Below, in pieces: positions 11,211 to 23,162 of a DNA stretch of 32,169 nt. Source of the stretch: Chiloscyllium plagiosum (taxonomy: Eukaryota); contig NC_057720.1 of NCBI RefSeq assembly GCF_004010195.1, positions 34,283,322 through 34,315,490 on the forward strand. The letters are read 5' to 3'. The notes under the pieces were generated by a model that did no database searches, was not told where the DNA came from, and worked only from the letters and a program-made list of their open reading frames with translations. Each line of letters opens with the position of its first letter. Position 1 is the first letter of the stretch. A program made the translations under genes and the position numbers.

Positions 11211-12190
11211 AGAAACTAAACCTATGAATGAATTTCATAAAAAATAGAGAATGAGAAGAAGAGAATGTCTGTCACATGACAGTGTTATACATAAGAAAAT
11301 CTTTATGAAGCTGATGCGTCAAACATATAGATTTTATTTCAGACTGACATTTATCTTGTTTGTATGTTAGAAATTAATACTGCCATTTTTAACTTCATTG
11401 TACAACTGAGCCAATCACTACTGAGAGTAGGCAGTCTACTTGTATATTTATGCTTATGTCTAACTTCTTGGAAATATATGGGATTATCTGTGGAAAAGAG
11501 TGAAAGAAGTTTGTAGAGATTGTAACTATAAAGTATGCCAATATTAGGCTTGAGGAAACATTTAGCATGTTCAACAGGACAGTACCACCTAAGTGTTTTT
11601 CTGAAGACTAAAGGAACAGCATCAGAAAGTTGAATGTAGTGTCTCACAGTAACCGCTCAATTGGCAGATTAAAACTCAGATTAACTTTTTGGATTCAGGA
11701 ACCCTTATGAATCCAGGAACTATGACAAATCTGTGCCCAAGGTATAGTTTGACTACAAATCAGCTGCACTGTAATGTGCCAGGAATGGTAAGGTAACATT
11801 TGCATTTTCATAGCCAACTTCATCATGTCATTGAAGTAGCTGTTTGAAGCCTTTGATTTCTTTACAAAAAGGAAGAAAACAAAATGGATAGTGACTAACT
11901 ACAAGCTGTGCTTGCATAGCTTTTTCCTCCCTCTCCCATTTGCCCTTCAGAATCTGGTCATCTCTATATTACAGTGCATACTTGTATACTGGTGATGGAA
12001 GAGGAATGATATAGTTGACACTTTATACATAGATCATCTCATATTCATATACACATGCAAATTTTCACAGAAAAATATACATGGAAAAAAATCACTCTTA
12101 AACATAAACAAGTATGTATTCTCATGCACATAAGTTCAAAGACACCTGCGCATGCCTTCACAAACTCTGACACACCAAATTTCTACATAC

Positions 12191-12347
12191 CTCCACCATT
12201 TCGGTAGCACAGATAAGGGAACCTCCAGACATTTCCAAGGCCTACAGCATAGCCAACACTAGTCAGGATGAATTCTATCTGATTTGACCAGTTCCCACGC
12301 TTCAAGTTTTCATCTTTCTTCACCATCTCACCTGGAATAGCACCATT
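12191..12347 (-). CDS. slc6a9: GlyT1 (sodium- and chloride-dependent glycine transporter 1) coding exon: N-terminal tail and TM1
   Basis: Minus strand reads ttttttgcag|AAT GGT GCT ATT CCA...AAT GGT GGA G|gtatgt. It translates as [52 protein letters not shown](G), with the SLC6 TM1 signature and the GlyT1-type NGA.P...KRGNW.NQIEF. 157 nt, phase 0 to phase 1. Not in the supplied ORF track. Confidence 0.97.
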
Positions 12348-13739
12348 CTGCAAAAAATAAAATGTTCAAATGTAATAATCAATGCTCTGGAAGTAAGCCC
12401 AGTCATATTTTCTGGCATGTTGCCATTAAAACATTAAAATTGTTCAGTCTTAATACGTTTGTTTTTATTTTCAAGTCTGCATAACCAACTGTCCTATAGA
12501 ACATCATGCTGAGTTAAGATGGACAGCAAGCTATCTGTTCCCAATCCTCTGTGGCTGCCAGTTAATCAGAAACCCAGCTTGTTCTGACTTCCTGTCTCTG
12601 GTTCTCTTCCTTCCTCAGGAGAAATGTCTCATTATCCAGGACCATCTGAGGCTGAGCCAACCCAGAATTAATTTGGAACAATTCTCAGCAATCTGCTGCA
12701 CAAAAGGTTTTATAGAACCAAGCAATGGGTTACAAAAAACAAATCAGTGTGAGAGAGTAGATAAGGAACTGCAATACAGTTCCAGTTTTAGTTTTAATCT
12801 TAATCCATGTTTGATGTGTGAGAGTGAAATATTAGCAGTCAACTGGAAAAAGAAAATCAAAAATCTCATGAGTCCAAAAGGGTACCACATTATTTTGTTG
12901 TCAATCTGTGGCAAAACTGATTTCCATTTTAGTGTCAGGCAGAAGGGACAAGGGAGGGTCACAGCGACTTCAGCATTTCTGAAAGTTTTAAGGCGAAAAT
13001 ATTACAATTGCTATCCAGTCACTCTTGTTGAAATATAAAATCTATGCCCTGAATATCTGAAATAGCCCAGTGATCATCTGTCTAAGCTTATACCTGAAAA
13101 TGACTACAGACTAAGGTTCCAGTACTGCTGAAACCATAATCCATTATGTGACTGCCTTTGAGAAGAATAATAAAACACAGGATAAACTATATAAAAAAGA
13201 ACTATTGTAACTAATAAGCAAAACTGAAGGAAGCTGCTACAGTAGCAAACTTTGTGTCTCTGTAAACTCCACAAAATAGGATTAACAAAAGATAATCGTT
13301 AAATGAAACAATGTAGCCCTTTGATAGAATGTTAGCATCAATGAATTAGAGCTTTCATTTTCATCGGAGTGTGTGGAATTTGAATCCAGACAAAAGGGCG
13401 AGATACAGAATTAGCTAGTTACAAACAGTTCCACAGCTCCACTACAGAGTATCCAGCGTTCTGCACATGGCCATTGTTCTCAGTAGCCAGTTTTTCAATA
13501 GCAAATGGAACTGGTCCAATACATTTGTTGCTTGGTTTTGGTGGAGTGGATTACTCTTTTTTAGAAAATCATGGCCGGATTCTAATAATGCTACTGTACT
13601 ATCATGTTAATTCACAATTAGACTTCAGCATTCTTTCCCTTCTGACAGCATGGAACCATCCCACCTCCACAATAAGAAAACTAAGGATGGAAATGACTCT
13701 GCTCTACGCTCCCTAAATACTGCATTTACAATGTGTATC

Positions 13740-14340
13740 CAAATACTAAGCCAGGCAGACAAGGAGGATCCAGGTCCAATTACACTTAGTTGTTTTGCAT
13801 TGAAGAGCAGCAGGTCAAGGAGAAACTAGAGGGCCAAATGTAGATCCATGACTGATATCCATGGTAATGGTGTGAGACTAGAAACAGAAGTCAAAATAGG
13901 TGATTCCCTAGCTACAGTGAGATGGATAAAAACGTAGCCACATGAATGTAGTCACACTCAATTGGACAACAGTGAGGAAAACACTAGAGAAATCTTAACA
14001 GCCAAGGCTGCAGACTGGTTAAGAAGAGTCAGTTTACCTTTGTCCAGTCACACAGGATATCAGTTGTGATTTTGATAAGCAGTATTAGAGTAAAATGGTA
14101 TGAGCAGAAACTTAACTGCAGGGATTCAAATGTAAGAATTTCAGGAAAAACAGATATGCATTTGAGAAATGACTATATGTTTGACAACTTTGGATGGGAA
14201 AAGCTGAAGATGGGATGGTAATTTAAAGGGTAGAGAGAGGTGATGACAGCACATTTAAAGGGAACAGGGACAGTCTGGAGAGAACCCTTCACAGTAATAG
14301 CTAATGTGGGGACCAGGGAACTGCACTATCAACATTTTAA
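13740..14340 (-). mobile_element. Old L2-like LINE RT fragment
   Basis: Minus-strand remnants TALIKITTDIL (near 14050-14085) and LLNQSAA (near 14005-14025) resemble the L2 motifs ETALxKVTNDIL and LLDLSAAFD. Confidence 0.55.
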
Positions 14341-14354
14341 TAGGTAATTTATGA

Positions 14355-14436
14355 AAGGAGCAGGAGATGGACCACCTGCTCAGAGTAGGCTTATGGGGCT
14401 GAATGGCCTACACCTACTCCTGTTTCTTATGTTCTA
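14355..14436 (+). mobile_element. Short CR1-type 3' tail fragment
   Basis: ggggctgaatggcctacacctactcctgtttcttatgttct matches the 3' end of the CR1 at 3955-4001. Confidence 0.65.
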
Positions 14437-14795
14437 AAAAACACTTCTACAATTAATGCAAGGGGCTGTGGAAATCAAATAGCAACTAACTTGACTCCTT
14501 TAAATTGCACTGGTGAGGGTCGGTCGTGCCGCTGATGTACTTAGCTATACATGGTTATGGTACAACATGAACTGTACTGGTGAGCTCCAACATGATTCTG
14601 ATTACATGCTGCTTAGTCCATATTCTTTTGACAGACAATCCCTGTGTTCATGTTATTGCTTTGTCAAAATTTCATTTGGCACTGTTAACATCACAATTAC
14701 ACCATTTTGGAAGCCAAACACAAACGAGCCAAATTTCTTTGCCAATAAATTTATCAAGTAATGAACTGAGATCCAGAATACACTGTAATTGTATT

Positions 14796-15026
14796 TGTAA
14801 TGATTGGAATGAGGTCAGACAGGTAGACTTCATAGAATGAGTTCACTGATTGGGGCTGTTAACCTGGGGCAATCTGGGAGTCCTGGCAGATATAAATAGA
14901 GTATCAGGGGTTCTGCTCACTCTAGGAGCCAGCTCTGTGCTGACTGGACCAGTGCTAACCACTATTTACGTGTAAGTAAAGGGTGCCATGTGATGGGGTA
15001 TTCGTGGAGTTCGTGGAGTTATTTCA
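14796..15026 (+). mobile_element. Solo LTR, 231 bp
   Basis: Termini TGTAAT...ATTTCA (TG..CA, imperfect inverted ends). Perfect 5-bp TSD GTATT at 14791-14795 and 15027-15031. Internal TATAAATA at 14891 and a polyA-like AGTAAA near 14975. Confidence 0.85.
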
Positions 15027-15111
15027 GTATTGAGTGATGAAATGCAGATCACATTCTGGGCATGTACTAAATAAAGAACAGCAGCTTAACTCTGGAATTT
15101 GAATGAATGAG

Positions 15112-15138
15112 ACACACACACACACACACACACACACA
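15112..15138. repeat. (CA)n microsatellite
   Basis: Uninterrupted AC dinucleotide run of about 13 units. Confidence 0.95.
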
Positions 15139-15330
15139 AGGAGATTTGGATTCATCCACAGAGGTGCTTCAATCAATCCCAGTGCTACTTCTTCAGAAAA
15201 TTGGATAATATACAAAATTCTTTTCTTGTCTTGTAACTACTGTTGGAAATGCCATGTATGGGAGTAAGGTGAAGCCTGTACAAAAATAAGGTTCAATCCT
15301 TCACCCTGCTCTGATAGAAAGTCCATCAAA

Positions 15331-15438
15331 AGAGCTCTTGTGATGCAGTGACTAACTGTGGGCTTGGAGACATTGGTTCAAGTCTCACCTTCTCCAGATG
15401 TGTGTCATAACATCTCTGAAGGTTTGTTTAAAAAAAAA
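15331..15438 (+). mobile_element. Short tRNA-derived SINE fragment
   Basis: A-box-like tgatgcagtga, B-box-like ggttcaagtct, and a terminal A-run. Confidence 0.55.
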
Positions 15439-16079
15439 AGGTCTACAGGTACTCACTTGCCTGGCTTAATCATGAGGACTGGGCAAAGCAGTGAAAGTGG
15501 TTAACATGCATAGAATCAAAACCAGCTGGAATTAATGCTTTCAAGATATGTAACAGTTGGTTCAGAACCCGTTCTTTTCAAAAAACTGCTATCTTATTGT
15601 GAAAAGGCATGCAAAACACCATAAAGTTACACTGACATGCACATTGTATATCATATCGCTTGGGTATAATAGAATTCCTGCGAACAGATGATTTTTACAG
15701 TTAATATTGTGTCATGGCAACATATCAAGAGGCTATTAATATTATCAGAACCCCACAATATTGTCCATACCAAGTCTGGCTACTGGAAGAGATGCAACAT
15801 TCATGTAGTGAGGAAATTCTGTGTTTAAGTTCCATAGCATTCTTACTATGGACAGATAACTGACTACTGTGCATGTAAAGCAATGCTAGCAGTACATTCA
15901 ACAAGGGCATGGACTCTTGCCATCGATAGAGCAAGGAAACAATTATGAGAGAAAAAGTATTGAGAATGCTTTTAAGAATATGTTCAGCAGTCTGAAGAAA
16001 AGTGAAGGTTTATTTAAAAGGTGCAAATCAAAGAATGCAAATATTCTTCTGTGTTATATTTGAATTTAAGGCAAGACGA

Positions 16080-18035
16080 TGACCATACAACCGTAAGGTA
16101 TAGGAACAGAATTAGGCCATTTGACCTACTGAGCCTGCTCCACCATTCGATCACGTCTGATATGTTTCTCAACCCCATTCTCCCGCCTTCTCCCATGATC
16201 CTTGATCCCGTTACCAATCAAGAATCTATCTACCTCTGTCTTAAATACACTCAATGACTTGGTCTTCACACCCCTCTGTGGCAATGAGTTCCACTGATTC
16301 ACCATCCTCTGGCTGAAAAAATGCCTCCTCATCTCAGAAAGGGTCATCCCTTCACTCTAAGGCTGTGCCTTCGAGTCCTAGTCTCTCCTATTAGTGGAAA
16401 CATCTTCTCCACATTCACTCCATCCAGTAATCTATAAGTTTCAATCAGGTCCTTTGTCATCCTTTTAAACTACATTGAGTACGGACCCAGAGTCCTCAGC
16501 TGTTTCTCATGTGACAAGTCCAGGATCATTTTTGTAAACCTCCTCTTGACCGACTCCAAGGCCAGCGCATTTTTCCTGAGATACAGGGCCCAAAACTACT
16601 CACAATATTCCAAACATGGTCTGACCAAAGCCTTATACATCCTTGGCAGTGCATTTCTGCTCTTGTATTCTAGCCCTCTTGAAATGAATGCTACACTGCA
16701 TTTGCCATCCTAACTGCCAACTGAATTTGCATGTTAACCGTAAGAGAATCCTAAACTAGGAATCCCAAGTCCTTTTTCTCTCATATTTTCAAAATCTTAG
16801 AAAATAGTATACATCTATATCCTTCCTACCAAAGTGCCTTACACTTTTCCCTCATTGTATTTCATCTGCCACTTCATTATCCACTGTCCTCGCCTGTCCA
16901 AGTTCTTCTGCAGCCTCTCCTCTTCCTTAACAGGACTTGTCCATCCACCTATCTTTGTGTCATCTGCAAACGTAGCAGCACTGCCCTCAGTTCCTTCGTC
17001 CAAATTGTTAATGTATAATGTGAATAGTTGTGGCCCAGCACTCCACTAATCATCAGCTGCCGTCCTGAAGAAGATGCCTTTATCCCTACCTCTGCCTTCT
17101 GCCAGTCAGCCAATCCTCTATCCATGCCAATACTTTGCCATGTCATTTAGCAGCCTCTTGTGTGGCACCTTCAGGAAATTCAGATACATCATGTTCACTG
17201 GTCTTCCTTTGTCTAATTTACTTGTTTCCGCCGCAAAGAATTCTGACACATTTGTCACGTATGACCTCCCCTTCAGGAAGCCATACTAACTCAGCCCTAT
17301 TTTACCACACACTTCCAGGTAGTCTGCAATCTCATCTTTAATAGAGTCATGGAGATGTACAGTATGGAAACAGACACTTCGATCCAACTTGTCCATGCCG
17401 ACCAGATACCTGAAATTAATCTAGTCCAATTTGCCAGCGTTTGACCTATATCCCTCTAAGCCCTTCCTTTTCATACATCTATCCAAATGTTGTAATGTAA
17501 ATGTTTAAGTATTATAATTGTACCAGCCTCTACCACTTCCTCTGGCAATTCATTCCATACATGCACCACCCTCTGTGTGAAAACATTGCCCCTTATGTCC
17601 CTTTTAAATCTTTCCCCTCTCACCTTAAACCTATGCTTCTAATTTTGGACACCCCCAACCTGGGAAAAGGTCTTGGCTATTCACCCTATCCATGCCCCTC
17701 ATGATTTTATAAACCTCTAAAAGGTCACCCCTCAGCCTTCGATCCTCCAGGGAATACAGCCCCAGCCTATTCAGCCTCTCCCTACAGCACAAACCCTCCA
17801 ACCCTGGTGACATTCTTGCAAGTATTTTCAGAACCCTTTCAAGTTTCACAATATCCTTCCTATAGCAGGAAAACCAGAATTGCATACAGTATTCCAAAAG
17901 TGGCCTAACCACTGTCCTGTACAACCACATAATAGACTCTAAAATCTTACCAACGACAGATGTCGGGCTAACTGCCCTATAATTTCCTGTCCTCTGCCTC
18001 CCTCTCCTCTTAAAAAGGTTAGCCATTTTCCAGTC
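16080..18035 (-). mobile_element. Decayed CR1 LINE (family A-like) split by a nested CR1
   Basis: Minus-strand remnants RRHFFSQRMVNQWNSLP (16126-16347), RT-core remnants at 16950-17340 and TGNYRAVSPTSVVGKILESI (about 17930-18035). 3' tail near 16085-16150. Confidence 0.88.
17346..17929 (-). mobile_element. 5'-truncated CR1 (family B) nested in the older CR1
   Basis: LYRTVVRPLLEYCMQFW...RRLRGDLLEVYKIMRG with the same 3' UTR as 8590-8674. Direct repeat TAATAGA at 17339-17345 and 17930-17936. Confidence 0.9.
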
Positions 18036-18309
18036 TATGATGGATTTTGTATTGTGTGCATCAAGAAGTAGGGAACATTGTATTTTTTCCATACTCTGCA
18101 CTCCAAACGTCCTCTCAGTGTCCAATGTTTCCTTCTGAGTTCACTTAAAAATCGAAGAACAAGCTAGCTTCCCACCAAGGATAATGAAGAAACATGCCTT
18201 TGCTCAAATTAACCACAAGTTTGATTGATATGATAGTCTGGGAATAACGTGAGTCAGCTATTTAAATCTTTTTTGAGATCAGGGAACATTACTTGAAATT
18301 CCTTTATCT

Positions 18310-18750
18310 CTAAAATAAAACAAAGAACCGTGGATGCTAAAGATCTGGCAGAATCAAAAATAGAAATTTCTGGAGAAATCTAGCAGGTCTGGCAGCATCC
18401 ATGGAGAGAGAAATGGTGTTAATGCTTCAAGTCTTCAAGTCCAGTGACCCTTCTTCAAAATTGATAACAGCTAAGAAATGGTGAAATTTATGCTGATGAC
18501 AGAGGGTGGGTGGTGGGGGGGAAGTGGAATACATGGAGATGGAACTGAGATAGAGGGAGAGAGAGAGAGAGAGAGCGCAAGGTTGGCAGACAAAGGGCTT
18601 TTAGAAGGGTGTATGCCCGAAACGTCGATTCTCCTGTTCCCTGGATGCTGCCTGACCTGCTGCGCTGTTCCAGCAACACATTTTCAGACAAAGGGATTGT
18701 TGATTGTAAGCCAGAGGAGAAGAAAAGCTGCAATGGGGCCTATGAGTGCC
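18310..18750 (-). mobile_element. Decayed PLE 3' end (family 2 pLTR plus purine-rich UTR with (GA)n)
   Basis: aaacaaagaaccgtggatgct...tctagcaggtctggcagcatc...agtccagtgacccttcttca followed by a G/A-rich tract, the same architecture as other PLE ends in this window. Confidence 0.6.
18602..18684 (+). mobile_element. About 85-bp family 1 pLTR fragment inserted with a TSD
   Basis: Nearly identical to 119-203. Flanked by CAGACAAAGGG at 18587-18597 and 18685-18695. Confidence 0.85.
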
Positions 18751-18754
18751 ATAA

Positions 18755-18890
18755 TAATAAACTAAAAAACTGCAGATGCTGGAGTTCTGAAACAACACCA
18801 GAAATTTGGAGAAACCCAGCAGGTCTGGCAGCAGCTGTGGGAAGAAAGCAGAGTTATCATTTTGAGTCCGATGACTCTTCATCAGAACCG
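18755..18890 (-). mobile_element. Family 2 pLTR with hammerhead-like core
   Basis: Minus strand CTGATGA-A-GAGTC-ATCG-GACTC-AAAA-TGAT at about 18856-18885, with the G of GAAA mutated, followed by the ...tccagcatctgcag tail. Confidence 0.75.
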
Positions 18891-18983
18891 ATCCATTTTC
18901 ACATACACACGTTTGGTGCCACGGTGTTAAATGAATGAACTGTGATACTTCCAATCTAATTCCTTGCGGGGATAGGACATAAT

Positions 18984-19280
18984 GAGATCTTGTGGAGCAA
19001 TGGGTAGCATCATTGACTCAGTGTCAGAAGCTTACAACTCAAGTCTCACTTGAAGAATTCATGGCCAAGAATGGTGCTCATAACAGACTGAGATTTGAAT
19101 TTTCCGCTTGTAAACCCTTCCAGCATGCACTTATGGCAGGTGGAAAGAGGAGGAAAGAATCCTGGTCGACATGTTATGCAAGACTCCTTGAAAGGGAAGA
19201 TGTCTGGCTTGTTTGCCTGGATAGCTGGTGGGGATTAGATCGGTGCCAACAGCATAAGGTTTCTGGCTGCCATTGATTTG
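18984..19280 (+). mobile_element. Probable decayed tRNA-derived SINE
   Basis: Head tgtggagcaatgggtagc...ctcaagtctcact resembles Pol III A/B boxes and the SINE head at 15331. The 3' boundary is uncertain. Confidence 0.45.
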
Positions 19281-21349
19281 GGACCTGCTATGTCATCCTA
19301 CCAGTGATGGAGATCACAGTGCTTTAGAACAACCATGGCTTTTGGCACAAAATTCAAGAGGAAGATGGGCATAACATGAAACTACAAACAGTCAACAACT
19401 TTTCTCCACATGCCTAAGGACAATTTGGTCTTGAAAAGTCAGCTGTGGTGCTACTCTACTGGAAGAAATACTCCTGTATGGATATGCTTCTGCAACAAAC
19501 TCCTGCCCTTGTTTTCCTAATGCACCCCCCTCTAATATCTGGTATGTATTAGCTCCAGAGCAAGAGACAGGCCTTATATCCAGTTCATAGCTAACGTAAA
19601 AACATTTGATATGAAAATATAATGCAATACGTACAGGCATCAGTTTCCTAGCACTGACATCTATTTAACCAGTACAAAGCAGGAAAGTGCAAAACTAAAG
19701 GAAAATGAAACAGAAAATGGAACTGTGCACTGACATGCAATCCAATTACGAAAGAATACTGTGGAAATTGTCAGGAAATTACATTTGCCAACCTTTGTTT
19801 GTTTTTGATCGCGTGCATCCACAGTACTTTGTCTTATCTTTTGTTATCCTCATTTTGGCTCTAATCTTATCATTTAACATATCTTTTCAAAGACAGGCTG
19901 AGCACAGCTTTGTGTTCTGAAACATTGTACTGTATTTAACCTTCCACAAAGTTCTTTGAAATGAATATTATTTTATTGTTGCTAAATTTTGTGAGGATCA
20001 CATGGATAACCACAGCGATCAAGCCACCCGCAAAGATGTCACCTGACCCACAGTGTCTGGTCGCAGGAGAAGTAATAGCACTCTAGGTAGTGGAAAATAC
20101 AGCACTCTGTGGAGACTCTTCCACAATGCGTGTGGACTACTTGGCATATGGAGTCCTTTATTTTGTGAAGTTTACAATAGGGTACAGTTCTCCTTTAAGA
20201 AAAAAATACAGAACAATTGTATGGCCCATTGACTTCAATGAGGGAAAGCATCCTGTTCAACAATTTCTGCACAAATATGTTCCAGACACCTGGGTGCATT
20301 CATTCATGTTACAAGCCAACTGGACATCTTTTAAATTAAAGCCATGAAGATTTACAAATAAGAGACACTGCTACTTCAAGCAAGTTACATCAGCAAATTA
20401 AGAATCTCAATTAAAGTTGTGGGATCTGATAGTCTTGAATATTTGAACAATTGTATCCCTCCATACACCTACTCTCAGTTTATCCTATTATAAAGTTATG
20501 TTCACGTTCATGATGCAAGTGTAATATACCCTTCTCACTGTAATTTCACTTTCCACAGTAGGGGTATTCGAACATCATTAATGGCAGGAAGATGCAACGT
20601 GAAAATTACAAATTTGCACAGACAGTTTCTATTTGAAATCTGGGCCAAACAATTCATAATGGAAATTTAAAAATAAGTACAGAAAATAAAAGTGATAAGT
20701 CGCAACTGTGAATTACCTCTGGCCTTTAATTCCACATCACACGAAGACACACTTTTCTTCAACATTTTGTATACATTGTCAAACATTCTTAACATTGATA
20801 GCACATGTTCATTTCTGGAAAAGTGTCATGTCTCTCAAGTGTTAACCTTCCCCTTATCTTGAAAAGTAAGAGTGCACAGAAGGTACTACCACTTTTAGAA
20901 GGAAGTCCTATTGGTACAAATTAATGTTAAAAACATTTTAAAAGTGACACTTGTTGTTATGGTATTTTAATTACAAGAGAGCACTCAGGCATCTGTGCAG
21001 CTCAATTGCTGTGGTCCCAGCGTTAGCACATATGCTTTATGAAAGCTACTACAGAATGTATTCAGTATTTATTTAAAAGCAGACTACAGAATCACAGTAG
21101 ATTACATGGCAGAGATTTCTCTGAATAAGGTTAATCTAAGGACAAACTGTTCTCAAACCTTAACATACTCAGTGCTTCAGTGTTTTTCCGAGTTTTACTG
21201 TTTCCCATTAAATATGCTGCAGGGTAAACAGATGTACTGCAACCACTTCATCAAAATCACGCTTGATTGCAGTGAATGCATTGACTAGAAACTGGCTTGC
21301 TAATATGGTACATGGTGCACTGAAGAACCAGGGATTAAACACAACTCAC

Positions 21350-21394
21350 TGACCTCTGCAGAGAAATACTGCAGACTTTTATCTGGGCAGCCAT
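21350..21394 (-). CDS. Candidate alternative first coding exon of slc6a9 (MAAQIKVCSISLQRS)
   Basis: ATG plus 14 open codons, then TCA|gtgagt. Phase 0 matches the 12347 acceptor, and the sequence lies in non-repetitive DNA. No transcript evidence. Confidence 0.3.
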
Positions 21395-21859
21395 TTATAA
21401 GGGAAAGTCACCATTTTGTAGCTGTTGGCTTCCTGCATTGACAGGTATAAACCTGATCTGGAAACACAAGAAACTGTATTACAAACTGTAATTCTAATTA
21501 ATTAATTAGAATTGATTCTAATTAATTAATCCAGTACTTCACCAGATGATAACCAATTTAAAGTGAGTTAAGCCTTCAATAAATAGTGAGCAATGGCATT
21601 TATGTGACAGCACTGTATGGGACTATTCTGAGTTTTAGCTGTTTAATGTAATAAGGCCCTTTTTATGACGGAGAGTTACTACTCTGCAGGGCAACTAACA
21701 TACAAGAAACATGACATCCAAGGTTACTTGGTGACTATATGCTGCAGCTCACAGGTAGGATTTAACCATTAAAAGGAAAACAATCTTAGCAATTAATCAT
21801 TTTCTGCTTGTTGATGCTTTACATTTCTGATACCAGCAGGACTAAAGTATTTGTATTTT

Positions 21860-23162
21860 GTCTCCAGCTTGCCTCTATAACTTTTACATCTTCCATTTCT
21901 GACACTTTGACACCTCCATCTCTGTTTTGGGGAATAAACTGTCCACTGTCATCCACTACAAAGCCACTGATCTCCATAGCTACCTTCACTACATCCCTTC
22001 ACACCCCACATCCTGCGAGGATTTCATCCCATTCTCCCAGTTCCTTTGCCTACGTCATATCTGTTCAGATGATGCCACCTTCCAAAACAATGCTGCTGAC
22101 ATGGCTTCCTTCTTCCATAACCATGGTTTCTCTCCCACTGTGGTTGACAGCACCCTCAACCGCATCTGACCTATTACCTGTGCTTCTGTCCTTGCACCTT
22201 CCCATCACTCACAACAGTGTGATTGTGTCCCCCTTATTCTCACTTTTCATCCCACCAGCCTCTACCACTTTAGCCAATTCGAGCAGAATTCCAACACCAA
22301 ATACATCATCCCCTCACTCCCCCATTTTGCAGGGACTGTTCCCCCTGGGACATCCTAGTCCATTCCACGACTGCCTACACGATCCCCTCCCTTCCCATGG
22401 CAACTCCACTGCAGAAGGTGCAACACCTGCCTCTTCACCTCCTCCCTGCTCACCATCCAAGGGCCTAACCAGTCTTTCCAAATGAAGCAGTATTTCACCA
22501 GTACCTCCTCCAATGTTGTGTATTGTATTCGCTATATTCAATGTGACCTACTCTACATTGGAGAAACCAAATGTTGACTGGGTAACCATCTTGCAGAACA
22601 CCTCCAGTCCATGCGCAAGCATGCCCCCGACTTCCTGTAGCTGGTCATTTTATACAGTGTCCTGCTCACATGTCTGTCCTCAGCATGCTGCAGTATTCCA
22701 GTGAATCACAGCACAAACTGGAGGAGCAACATTTCATCTTCAGACCAAGCACTTTACAGCCTTCAGGGCTCAATATTGAGTTCAACACCTCCAAATTATG
22801 AATCCATTCCTTCCCTTTCTTTTAGCTTTAATTTGTTACATTCTCTGCCATCATGTCCTCTCTGCCCTCCGTCCACCCCAATGGGAATGTCTGTTCTTTC
22901 CAGTTTGACGGTTAGACACATTGTTCTGCCATTCTCCCATTCTGATCACCTAATCTGAATTACCAACATCCTTCCTCCCTCAGCACTCCAACCCTCTCTG
23001 ACACTTCAACCCATTGCATAAATGCTGCTCCCTCCACACTTCACTTCAGCTGTGACGAAGAGTCATCTAGACTTAAACGTTAACTTGCTTTCTCTCTATG
23101 GATGCTTCCTGACCCGTGCTTCCAGCACTTTTTGTTTTCAGGACAGATTCCAACATTCCAAC
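21860..23162 (+). mobile_element. 5'-truncated Penelope-like retroelement (RT thumb, GIY-YIG endonuclease, family 2 pLTR), decayed
   Basis: STVIHYKATDLHSYLHY..SHP..C...IPFSQFLCLRHICSD (21927-22169), CRRCNTC, and NVVYCIRYIQCDLLYIGETK (about 22512-22570). Terminal decayed hammerhead-like tgacgaagagtcatctagacttaaacgtt (about 23053-23081). Confidence 0.92.

Noticed and set aside
1959..12347. Assignment to paralogues slc6a5 (GlyT2), slc6a7 or slc6a14
   Set aside because: NGAIP...[39 protein letters not shown] and RTSPSEEYW match GlyT1 as recalled. A phylogeny would be the formal test.
15451..15475. ATG followed by a gtgagt donor on the minus strand as a first exon
   Set aside because: The donor is in phase 2 relative to the ATG, and the phase-0 frame contains a stop, so it is incompatible with the phase-0 acceptor at 12347.
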